From: Ptychomitrium polyphyllum
Lineage: Eukaryota
Assembly: GCA_973851085.1 (NCBI GenBank)
Contig: OZ316776.1
Span: forward strand, 4,464,001-4,528,000
Direction of reading: 5' to 3'
Length of the DNA stretch: 64,000 bases
Shown: positions 52,233 through 64,000 of the stretch, piece by piece
How positions within the stretch are numbered: the stretch's first letter is position 1
How the letters are laid out: every line of letters starts with the position of its first letter
Notes under the pieces: generated by a model
The model's input: the letters and a program-made list of their open reading frames with translations, nothing else
Databases searched by the model: none
What the model was told of the DNA's origin: nothing
Made by a program: the position numbers and the translations under genes

Positions 52233-55200
52233 CTATAATTTAGTCACTTTCGAAGGAGCACCAACTGCCGGCGCATCTTCAGATAAAGCTAATTCACTTC
52301 TTCGGGAAGGTCCGATGGCCGGAGGGCTCCACTGATCAGGCACCATGACGAAATAGGTGGACATAGCCTTGCGGAACCTCTTTTTGTACTGTTTTGGAGA
52401 GATCACAGTTGGAGCTGCATTTTTCGGTCCACCGAGTATGCCAGAAGCTTTGACCCAAGTCTCCAGGTGTTTATCCCATGTATATTGACGTATGAAATCG
52501 ATCATACCTAGTACTAACTCCTGTCGCTCTTCGTCCACACCAACAAGCAGAGAGTAGTCCATTACGTGTACTCCCTGTAACACAATCCAAGTACCAGTAT
52601 CAGATATCGAAGATGCTCCCATTAATGGATGTAGGGAGCACACCAACGCACACACGGCCATAAGAAATCCTCACCGTCACCACGCTAGCGCAACAAACAT
52701 TCAAGGACAGCTTGAAAAATAAATTCTCCCGTTGCATGATGGGTGAACAGAACATTCTTGCTATCTAGTCAGAAGACAAACGAAAAAGCTCCAACTGAAA
52801 CAAAAGATTCAGGAAGCCCTGCACGAAGTAAGATTCCCAGTAGATAACTCTAGAGGATCAAAACTCTTGTTCGCTCTTAGGTACTCCTCTGCACGGAGGT
52901 TAGAAGGCCGTCTATCGTACTGGATTCAGAGTCATCTGTCAGTACTAACCGCAAGGAAGGCCGTGTCATTCCAAACAGCCCTTTCCAGCAAGCGCTTAGC
53001 TTTGTTGCTGACAAAAATTGGAGACGTGGGCATCATCTCGAGTAGGTTTTCATCCAGCAGCACCTTGTTGTTTCCTGTGAGGTCGGAATTATACCGCGAC
53101 CGTACGGATCCCTTCAGATCATACAGGCGACTCACATTGCGTGAATACAGAAGATTCTCCATCACAAGTAAGTCGAGCTCTTTGTTCCCTTTAGCCTGCT
53201 TTACTGACACCTGCCAAAACGCTCCTACAATGTAAGAACGTACGTAGACAACATAACACATCCATTCGTGTGACTCATAAACGAACAACACTGAATTCTG
53301 TGGGTATTGTTGAAGCAATACCCACCCTGTACACTCCAACGATCTTTGCAAGGCACGTCGGGCTCCCAGAATTGAGGGACTCCGTGAGATAGTTGAAGTA
53401 CTGTGGAGCGAAGTCCAGGAAAGACATTTTCTCGGTGCTCGTCACTTGTTTGACCACAAATCGATCATCCATGGTCTTCGCGAAAAACACATTGCTCTTT
53501 CCTCCATGAGCTCCCCACTTCCTGCATCTGCTCATTGAGCGGATATAATCTAAATCTCCTCCACAGCACTTTTTCCTGAGTGCATCGAATTGTTTTGCAT
53601 AATAGCAAGTGACACGGAACTCCACTTTCGCGCTTTGACTGAGATCTGTAAACGCCACCTTCACATCTCGCTTCTCTCTTGGTGTCAGCACTTCCATGGA
53701 AGCCGTCCTCAGCATCTTCTCTTTATGGATCAAGTCGTTATCTACATCGATGCCGCCAGTAGAGTCTTCCAAATGATGAATTGAATCTATCACGCTTGAG
53801 AAGTCTGCGTTCTCATTTTCCTCGTTCTCTCGTAACTTTTCTTTGGGTTTCTCCCTGTCGTTCTCTGCTACTGCTTCCCAAAGGTCTGCCTGTAGTAAGA
53901 AAAAGAAGATTCCAGTTAGTTCACCGTGGCAAGGTACAACGAAAAATTACATCAGATCTCCATTCCCCATCACACCATGATGTTGCAACAGTAACACAAT
54001 AACAGAACAAGCACAAGAGTAACCAGCAACCTCATGTTTAAGGATGGTGCGGATGCATGAGGTGTATCCACTGAAATCACTTGCCTGGTATTTTGGAGTG
54101 AGAAGGGCATATGCAATGATACTCGTGGGTTCGTCATCATAGACATTGATTCTAGTGTCACTAATGCCAGGTGGGAGATTGAGCCGTGGGCCACCAGGGG
54201 CGGATAGATGCCCAGTAAGTGAAACAATCATGGGTGTCGTTGAGATTGGCCTGGGCGGAGATCCTGCAACGCTACTCTGAGCAGATCCTGATCGACTATA
54301 CACGTTTTTACTGTACAGATTTGGCAATGTGCTTCCACCGACCTCGGATGGTTCTTTGTCCATCGCGCTTGATCTCAATGGGGATGTTGGGCCATTTGCT
54401 GGCAAGGCACTATCACTTTTCTCGACCGGTTCCTTCCCTTCTAAAGGTATATCTTTACTATCCACCAGAGACAGCCCTTGGGGAGATTCAACGGCAATAC
54501 TCTCCATGTTTGCAGGAGCAGATGACCCTTTGTGAAAGCTTCCAACTTCATGCACATTGGAGACATCGGCGCTGCTGGCATTCTCTGCCCAGGCCACTTC
54601 AACGTTCTCTGAGTCTGTAGTAGCGGGGCTAAATCCTTCTGGTAGCGAACTACTCAAACCCACATCGTCGTCATGCGGGCAGCTGAGGATTGCCATAGCT
54701 GCACACGGAGGCCATTTCAACAACTAAAGTTAGACCTCACACTGTTGCGCTCCGCTCCTCAACCATATTCTATCAAACAGCATAACCTGGTCGAAACAAT
54801 GGACTGAAATCAATCTGTGTGAAAGACATCTTGTGAAACCTTCTCGAGATGGTTCCTGACTTTCCGCACTCGCAAACTCTTCAAGAGCACCAGCAATAGG
54901 AAAAGAACTTGATAGTTGTTTTGAGAGGCCAAGAGCGTTGACAAAGTCTGTTCCAGGCCTTCCCTCAGCGTCATCAAGCAATAACGGGTGAACACCAGAT
55001 ACAGAAATCGTCGTCATGTTCCTCGGCAAACGAGTATCGGCAACATCACTTGAAGATACGGAAGGAGTGAGAATCTCCACAACGTCCTCACCAGCAATAC
55101 CAGGTTCACCACTGGTCTCCAAAGTACCCTCCACAATCCGCTGCTTCTGCGCACCCTGCTCTATCATATGTCCAGCAGAAGTATCAACCTGATCTTGCTG

Positions 55201-58200
55201 TATTCGAGCTCCCACCTCCGGAACTGCACTGATTATTGGCTCTTCCTTTGCTGTGACGCTAGTATCTGCCTCTCTGGATTTTCCAAATGAAGTATTGCCA
55301 ACTTTAAAAGGCAACAACGATGTATCAAGAAAGCCTGGATCAGAGCTTCTCATCTGCTGTCGTAAATGAAGGGAGCAAGAAAGATGATAGAGACGTATGT
55401 CCCATGCAGCAGAAATATCTGCAAGGTGTCGTCTTATTTTGTTGAGCGCTAAGATGTCAGCCACCAATTGTTCTCGTAATGGGTTCAGGGGTGCAGCCCT
55501 CTCTAGTTCTGCCTGCAAGACAGCATGCTAGAGATCATGCAATAATAAACGCTCAATAACATGACTCTCACGCAAGTCTCGACCACTGCATGTAATAGAA
55601 CGAAGATGACCTACACCCTGGATATCCACAGGAAGTCCTTAGATGCTCCAGATACATTACAGGCAGGATAGGTTTGAATGACATACCTCGACCTCAGCTT
55701 TCTCCTTCTGCAACACGCTTTCCAACTCCGCAATCTGCCGCCTAGCATCAGAGAGTTTGGTACTGGAGTGCAAGAACTTCGAACTCGCAATTTTTTCCCC
55801 AAGCACACCTAGTGCGTTGAAGATCTCGGCAAACACTAGATTTGATTTATCCGCAACCTGTCGCATGCCCCACACACTCAGGTGAGAAGCTGTTACTCGT
55901 GACTGTGGAATGTCAGAAGCTAAACAAATGACTTGCACAAGGTGACACATATAAGATACAAGATGTCAAATGCAATCAAAATTGCCAGAATTTGAATACC
56001 TCACTAGCTTCATTCAAAAGCCAGCCCTGTTGCTTAGAACTGTGGAACTCCAGCTGAGGAGGAGGGACAGCAACAGAGTGAAGGTTGATAGTCGCATATT
56101 TAAAGCAAGCCACGAAGTTGCCACATCTGAACCCACCACAAACAGATTGGTACTGTGGACACTAAATTGGTCATCAGCATAAGTAGCATTGAACAGTATA
56201 GAACGCAGTGTGGAAACCCCAACAATACATAGAAAATGCAGAACTCAGAAAAAGTGGCAGCATGTCATACCCATAAAATCTCAGACAATCTCTGTGCAGA
56301 GAGTGACCACAAGCTGCGGCACGACTAGCTGCGGCATGATTTGAGAAACTCAGTTCTAAGAACTTCCCAAACGAAAGGCCCCAAGCAGCATCAGACATTA
56401 CGAGTCTCCTTGTTGCTGGAGGAACGCCATCTGTCCGGGGACAACGAAGACATCGATGCCACATCCATATCCTTCCATCTTTCTCACCTGGAAGCGGAGT
56501 GCCCCTCACTCGTTGCACTGAAATAGTCAAACTCCCCTGACGATGGGTGTAGCAATAAACATGCGAATCCAGTGGCTCTTCACAAGAACCACAACTGCTG
56601 CTCTGTTGAGACAAACAAATTTCTCACCTTCAACACAACCCAGGACGACTTCACAAGCGCAGAAGATGGTTACCGTGTAGATGAACTTGACTCAAAAACA
56701 TTTCTAGTATCAGCATCAACATCAACTGCCAGCAGGACACTATCAGCACTGTAGATAATGCAGCGTATGAGAAAAGGTCATAAAAGGCAGATATCAGCCT
56801 TATAAACCATCATGCCACTAAGAATGAACTTGAGGTGCTGGCCTTTCAAAGTGATATTGGGAGCTTTATAGTAATTCTACCCTTCCGACCAATGTGAGGC
56901 AAGCAAACTCTGCAATCCTACTCCCATACTAAGCTTATTATACAACAATGGTCCTTGAACCACTTCGACCAGCTCTATACGCTGAAAGCATTGAGAAAAC
57001 ACACAACGATAAAAGTATGTATAGGTAAATATACAACAACTCACCACGTTGAAAAGGGAATCTTTCAAAAACATTCCGAGAGGCTTATCGGAACTTCCAT
57101 AATACTTGATACGCTTGAGGTGAGGACGTTCACAAACACTCCCTTTGCGTAAACAGCGACTTGATAGTGAAACCAAGATACTCTGATGATCTGACAGAGG
57201 TGGCAGGAAATCATCCTTCGCCAGTATACCCTGTGCGGTGGGGCGTTCAATAATGTCCCTTGCATTCTCCGGCTCAGACAGTTGCCCTAATTGGCGCACG
57301 TCCCCAGCGGAAGAAAGTTGCAGGCTGAACCCCTTTTCCTGTCAGCACCAAAGAAGCCTCAGAGCACATTCTCTTATGCCAACAGCAAGACGGTGCTTGA
57401 ATTCTTACGTAGAGTCAGAATTCTTACGTTCAACCAAGCCACCAGATTAAATTCCACGTAAAGAACGACGACAGTCGTGACGAATACATCGGAAAAAAAT
57501 CACCAAAATGAAATGAGTTCTGTTCGGGTGGGCTGTACGAGCGTGTACAATAAACCCAAAAAGGTCAATATCAGCAAAATAGATTTATGGAATAAAAGAA
57601 AGAGGGCTTTGCTACGCAATAGAGTATGAGCTAGGATTTCAACTGAAACGTATCAAAGTACATGCAATGAGTGGACGTACCCAGGACGTTGTCGTATGAT
57701 CAGTGATGTGCTTCACATTCTTAGATCCCTGAAGAGGATCCAGATCAAAGCTACGTACAGGGGTGACACCTGATGCTGCCTGAATGAAAGAGAAACTTCC
57801 CGTTCCAGGTCTTTTCTCTACACCATGTCTGCCATAATTGGAAAACACATCCGAAACAGCCACTGTGGGAGCTTTAGTTGGCAGCGACATTTGTGATCTG
57901 TTGCCTTGCTGCTGCGGTAGAGAGTCAAGTGTCAAACGAACAAGTGAAAAGAATCAGTATACTCTCTCTTTTTGTCCAAAGAATAGAAGGGGTGACCACT
58001 CAAAACAAAGGATCTCTATAAACGCATATTGTGCTAACCAAAGAAATCCATTAATGATGTGAAACAACACCATACTCGAGGCGCGACATAAAAGGCAAAA
58101 ACTTGACTGGTATACAGTTATCTAATATTCACAAGAAGTCACCTGTCTCATTGAAACAACCTCGTTACCTACACATATCTTCACAACGTCTAGAAAATCA

Positions 58201-61200
58201 TGCACAACTACGGAATTGTGCTTACCAACTGGTGGTCAGATGATGAGTGATTGGCAAAGCCAGACACGGTAGAAACTGCCCTGTCCAAAGCCCGCTGCAT
58301 GCCAGGAACTGTGCCCATCGGAGATGAAGTTGAAAGTTCAGGTAGAGTGGCACCCTCGTCTGCCAAGAAGGAGGTCTCCAAAGCTAGATGGTATGCAGCA
58401 AAAACTGCAAACTGGACAACCTTCTTCACGCTTTTCAGTACTTCTGTAGATGCACCTCGGAGCAGCACAGTGCAACCCAAAGGTCTTGGGCAGCCTTCAA
58501 AAAACATGAGATACTTTGGACCTGGTCTACCTCCCTGACCCTTAAAATCATGCTCCTCTGCAAACTTCTCTATGTGAAAGAGTTCACACTGACCGGCCGT
58601 TGGAGCCATGAGGTATTCTGGAGAAGCAACTATCTGCCAGATTGAAGTAATCAGTAAATGCCCCAATTCGTTCTCTCCTCGAGAGTAAGCACAATCAGCA
58701 GAAACCTCATCGCTACTGTCGGCTTTGCGTTCTATGTTATCAGTGCAACAATATACGTCGAAGAGTGAAAATAACGCAACATCATGAAAGTAAGAAAACT
58801 TCTGAAATTGTGATAGGAGATGTAAAGCACCTCAACGGAAAGGATAAATCCACGTAAGCCAAAAACCGTGGGGTTCTATCCAGGTTCAATTGGACGAACT
58901 TAATACACAAAGTGTAAAGTTAACAAGACGTACAAAACCAGAGTTGCGTCCTACGAAACAGCTGTGGCCAGTAACTATCATGGGGCAAATGAACCAGACA
59001 AAGGTTTACCAGAGTCTTGTAACAAACAACTCAGGTTATCCAGTTCCTGGATGGCAAGCCATGATGATTTCGTAACTGCGTCAGAAAAAGTATCTATCAT
59101 CTCCGTCCCAAAGACGAGAGTAAGCAGCTGCCTTCCCTAATCTAAACTTGCCAGCTCAAAGATTACGAGCTGATGGCAGGCAAAGGCAAATGCAAGCTGA
59201 CCTGAGCACCAGTACAACGGGCGATGCGCTCCAAAAGTGGCCTCTTGACGTTCAACACCACTGAGATCTCTTTTTCCAGCAGCTTGTCCTGTGCATATCT
59301 CGAAACTGTTTTCTCCACTAAGAGGACGTTGGGATGGTGCGCTTCAATTCGAGCAACTGTCATGCTGAGGTGATCCCTCTCCTGCAAAAAGCCGACGTAT
59401 GAAATAACTAAAAGGCTGCTCTTGTAATCTTATCGACATGGTCTAGTTGAACACTTTCTTACTGTACTCTTAACATAACGTGCCTCGTCGTCCTATAGAC
59501 CTACCAGGTTTTCAAAGTGGTATTTACTCCTTGGTGTACACGTGTACACTCATGAAGGTAAACATTCCTCGTGCCTATGTGCACCCTCATACGAACGAGT
59601 TCTTCACCAAAGATATCACACCGTAGTTAGCAACCCTGCGGTTCAGGTTGGAACCTTATCAAACATGAAACTTCACAACATTGATAAGCCCTTAAGTCTA
59701 GACAGTTTCCCGTGCTTAACAGCTTCACTGATGCTCTTCAAATTGGAACCACAAGGTTTGTCACTAATTCAAGTATCTAGTGCTGCATACAGCTAGCTGT
59801 GGTACGGAGCCTGACAGTATCAACAGAAGTACGTGAAAATCTTCGCAATGAAACATGTCTTCAAATGCACTCTCGACCTCTTCAACTGCCCATACCTGTT
59901 GCAATAACGTGTCGAGAGATGAGAGCTGGTTGGAAACACGGTGATACTCCAATGCTCCACCCAATAAGAGAAGTCGAGGGTTCTTGAAACGAGAAGTCAT
60001 GCGTCGATTTTGCACATTCTTATGACACACGATGCCCTTCACGACCACGCTGCTCAACACAATAAAATAACGGAAGGATCACTCTGAGGTTCATGTCTTC
60101 TGGACCAATCCTCAACTAACGGTTCTTGACAAGCCTTCTGTATTTCCATTCGACTATTCAGAGACATCAATTCGTATATCCTTTTAGTTTTCGTCGTTGT
60201 GAAATGACTGCTAAATGTAACTGATTGGTTTTTGTAAACCCTGTGCTCATCCCACATGAGGTTCGTGTATCACGACATGCAAAACCTGTCGAAGAACCAC
60301 ATTTTACCTGTCTTCGCGCCGCCCAGATGCTATACATTTAACTTTCACATAGCCACCTGGGTCCATTGCACCTCCTTTACTTGTATCCGGTTTGACTAGA
60401 CTAGCGGCTTGCAACGACAACGTACTCACAATGTCCAACCAGCTGCTTGGTCCGCCTTCTTCTCCAAACTGTTACAGCAATAACTCTAGCCTTTGAAAAC
60501 TTCAACCAAGATCGGATAAATCCTAAAAATATTATGCGACGTCACCTACAAAAAAGGCATGCATTTAACGCACAATTGCTTGGTTCAACTACATCCCTCT
60601 CTACTTGTTTTCAAAGCATAGACTTGTCCCGAAAGAATACTTGAGTACGGTGCACTGGTATTTCGTGTAGATGAAACAATGAGGAAAAGGTGACTAAGCG
60701 CTGCCCTTCCTCATATACTTACCCGTATATCTTCCGTGATAAGAAGCTGGGCGACAAGAGCTCTAAAATGACCATCAACAATAGCCCGCATTGCTGCCTT
60801 GCTTCTGTTCTCGCTGCTGCTGACACTCCCTGGCATACGCGGCACCCATTCAACATCCTCGTCATCCTCGTCAACCTACACTTGCCAACATCGTAGAAAA
60901 CTTCAATCAGAAAAGTGTCTAAGAAGGCAAATCGGCATTCGTACACAAGAATGTCTGAATTTGACCACTCCATGAAATGCCTCCCCATCCCTCACTGGCC
61001 TCCAAATTCCCAGTCACGCGACCTTCAATCACGTGAAAAGCTTACCAAGCTCATTTCGGCTTCATCATCCTCATCTTCTGGAGGCGGGGGGACCCAGATA
61101 ACCCCATTACTCTCATAGTCAACACTTGGATGGTCCATCTCATTTGCAGCAGGTGGTTGAGGAGCCTCTTCCTCGTACATAGGAGGTTTATTAAGAATCC

Positions 61201-62837
61201 CATCGAGGCTCTCAATATCATCACACGATTGAGTACTTCTCCACATTACAAAAGACTCCCCATCACCATCCCTGTCAACAGTACTTGGTAAGGCCATGCC
61301 ATTTTGAAATATGCGACCAACAAACTAAAATTCAAATGTTACTTGTGCTATATCATTGTTCCTTAACATCATTCTTTGACATGTTGCCATGTTTTGATAT
61401 CTTGCAGCTCACGTTGGTAGCAATGGGCTTAAATGTAATAAACATTGTTGTCCAGATAGTTGAGGCAGAAGATTAAGTATCAACACAAGAAAACTGGACC
61501 AGCTGATTTTCTGCTTAAAGTCTCGGAACACAACATGATTAGTTTCTAGCCTAGGGTATCCAAAAGACCCAGTTCCTGCCTGACGCGATATACAAACACA
61601 CTGGTAAATGACGGATGGATCGGGCCGAACTTCCCACCTGATGTCAGTAACTTTATCGACCAACCCGGGAACTCCTCCCACATTCTGAGAATCCTCGATT
61701 AAGGAGCGTAACTTTCCACGACTGCCATCAGCATATTCCAGATCCACGACGCTATCGTTCTCATCGTCAAGATCCTCATGGCTTCTATCAGCCTTCTGAC
61801 CCCGATCTTCCTCGTCATCACTTCTGCACAATTCAGGGATACGCACAAACAACAGCAATGAGATGTGTCGCTGCAGGGGCACGTTCTACTTGCCACAAAA
61901 CCTCAGATCTGATGTTTCTTTGAAAACTGTCCCTAAACACCAAGATTCATAAATCCCAGGAGCTTGATCAATGTTTAGAGTACTTATAGCGCTGCTCTTG
62001 CTAATGTGCGCAAGACGATTTTTCCAAACCTGATACGAACATCCAATCAAGCTCTAAAACGTGCAAATCAAGATACACCAGGTCATCATGTAACAAAGGT
62101 TGACAAATGAACCTAAAGTTTTTATTTTTAAAAGAAAAACATCGGTCATTTCAGCCTCCAATATTAAATGAGGAGAAGGCAGCTGACCTGCAGTTAAACT
62201 CATAAAGACTCGAAGCTGGGTCCCTTGATTGCATATGTAAACACATACTATTGCTGGATTGAGTGTCCATACATGAAGCGCAGACAGGATTCCCATCCAC
62301 AGCGACCTCCAAATCCACGGCTGTGCCATCAGATGCAGGGATGGGTCGGGTTGTAGACAACGATTCGGAATAGGCTGAATCAAGGTTTCCTGTGAGAATC
62401 CTGGAAGCTGAGCTTGGAGCATTGTTGAAACTGTGGCCTGGCTCAGATGGACTCAATGTCTGACTTGGTGGAGAATCCACAGCAAGAATCCCCCGGTCAG
62501 TATAGTCCTGCTCAACACGAAGCATGAAGCAAAAGTTGCAAACCCGGACTCTCTCATTCTCGTCGTGGCCACTGCGAGGGCTACCGTGACTAAAAGAGGC
62601 AGGGATAGTATTCAGAGTACATTTTCCACAAAAAACGCGGCCGCATATCCTACAGTGATGACGTCTGTTAAAGATTGTAAACTGAGAGTCGCATTCGTAG
62701 CACATGCGACAGCTCCGGTCGGGCATCCAAAAATCTCGAGACATGACTGTGGCATCATCCTCCCTGCTGCCAAGGCGAGGAATCCAAGCGCTCACCCGTT
62801 CTACAATCTCGCTCAACGCAATGGCTGCTTCTTCCAT
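52233..62837 (-). CDS. FAB1: 1-phosphatidylinositol-3-phosphate 5-kinase FAB1A/B-type (PIKfyve), multi-exon
   Basis: N-terminal FYVE (FWMPD..CYEC..RRHHCRICGRVFCGKC..RVCNFC). Cpn60/CCT-like domain (MDPGGYVKVKC, LLLGGALEY, LMFFEGCPRPLGCTVLL). Conserved Cys-rich region (WMWHRC, LSFGKFLEL, CGHSLHRDCLRFYG). PIPK domain (GGKSNVFFAKT, YDLKGS, MDYSLLVG, IDFIRQYTWDKHLETWVK). The junctions I checked splice in frame. Confidence 0.97.
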
Positions 62838-64000
62838 CAGCCATGCCAGCAGGCCCGCATTCTTTGATTACGCTTATGCAAAGGCATAATCCACAAACCC
62901 TAAAACCTCAAAAACTTGTAAACTGCAGGCACTGTCTTGCAGTTTCTTGAACTGGATTTACACCACGGATACCTTGATTTCTCCGATCCCTTCCAACCAC
63001 AACAAAATGCGTCACTCGGCCAAAACCTCTTGCCCAGATCAACGATCCAACAAAATCGGAATCACAATCCTTGAATAAGCACTACATTTTCCATATGCTT
63101 CCTGCTTGCCCGCACCACCACCGTTTTCCACCTAAAACTCAACCCAAATTGTAAACCACTTCACGAACAGTGAACAGTCTTTCACGAACGCCGCTCCTGC
63201 AATTCACGTACGAAGAATAGCTGCTCCCGGGAGCTGTCGCACATTGGAGACCGCTTGCACTCATATGTTTCGAGAGACAATACGACCACGCCACCAAAGT
63301 CTAGGTCAATACGAATACCTCTGCACAATCCTCAGCAAATGCTGGTGCGAAATCCTTGATCGTTGAAAAGTGCTCCGTGACAAAAAAGACGGAGAAATTT
63401 CTGGCAATGACGCACCACACAAGCTCAATCAGTAGAATACTCATTAGAACTGGCTCTGCCTCCATTTTCAATGAATCTCGAAGGTGAAACACATCACCGT
63501 GAACTCAAAGCTGCTCCTACGACCAAAGACCTAGAGACAGTGTCTCTCTCCTGCAACACCGCCTTTCTACCTGCAACGTATCATACCAATTCAAAGAAAT
63601 GCAAAGGCACTGTCTCACTATCTCGAAACTGAGATATTCTCAAAGCTCTCAATAGACAGAAAAAACATCCTCCAAATAGTGCAACTACTCCAAAACAATC
63701 GACCTCCACGACAGCCGAGAAGATCAGAGTTTGCGACATTGCATCCAAAACCTGAATCGCGTACCTACCTAGAATGCAATCCTCCAGAAACAAAAGCCTC
63801 CCGGGCATCATAACCTCCAAATCCGAACACTCTGCCAGAACCTACACGAAACAAGCGCCTCCGACGCGAATCGCCGATCAATCGCAACATCCGCCAACAA
63901 TATCCTCCAAAGGTGCCGCCAACGCGAGAGAGGAGGACACGTTCTGTGGAGCGAATACTAAACTGAAGCTCCCGAAAGAGATATCATTCGATGCGGAATT

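Overview
Eukaryotic land-plant nuclear DNA, most likely a moss or other bryophyte (inferred from gene style, GT-AG introns and the transposon mix). GC/CpG-rich gene islands alternate with AT-rich, CpG-depleted tracts of decayed transposons. Five genes look intact: two tandem CSLA glucomannan/mannan synthases on + (9186-11265 with 5 coding exons, 22453-25450 with 7), a CDCA7-type zf-4CXXC_R1 protein with an extra conserved C-terminal domain on - (about 33741-38406), complex I subunit NDUFC2/B14.5b on - (from 50204) and a FYVE-type FAB1/PIKfyve kinase on - (52233-62837). Dead sequences include an intronless AKT1-type Shaker K+ channel pseudogene next to an HT1/Raf-like kinase fragment, an F-box pseudogene, a decayed Tc1 (DD34E spacing) element with a TSD-flanked solo LTR probably nested in it, a second LTR-like relic, a miniature CACTA hairpin in an intron, a candidate Helitron 3' end and several minisatellites. 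No rRNA, tRNA or CRISPR was seen. I found no clearly new biological system. The best leads are the CDCA7-like domain fusion, the precise two-intron difference between the CSLA paralogues, and the Tc1/kinase/channel pseudogene cluster. Exon coordinates were read by eye and family calls come from motif recognition, not database searches.
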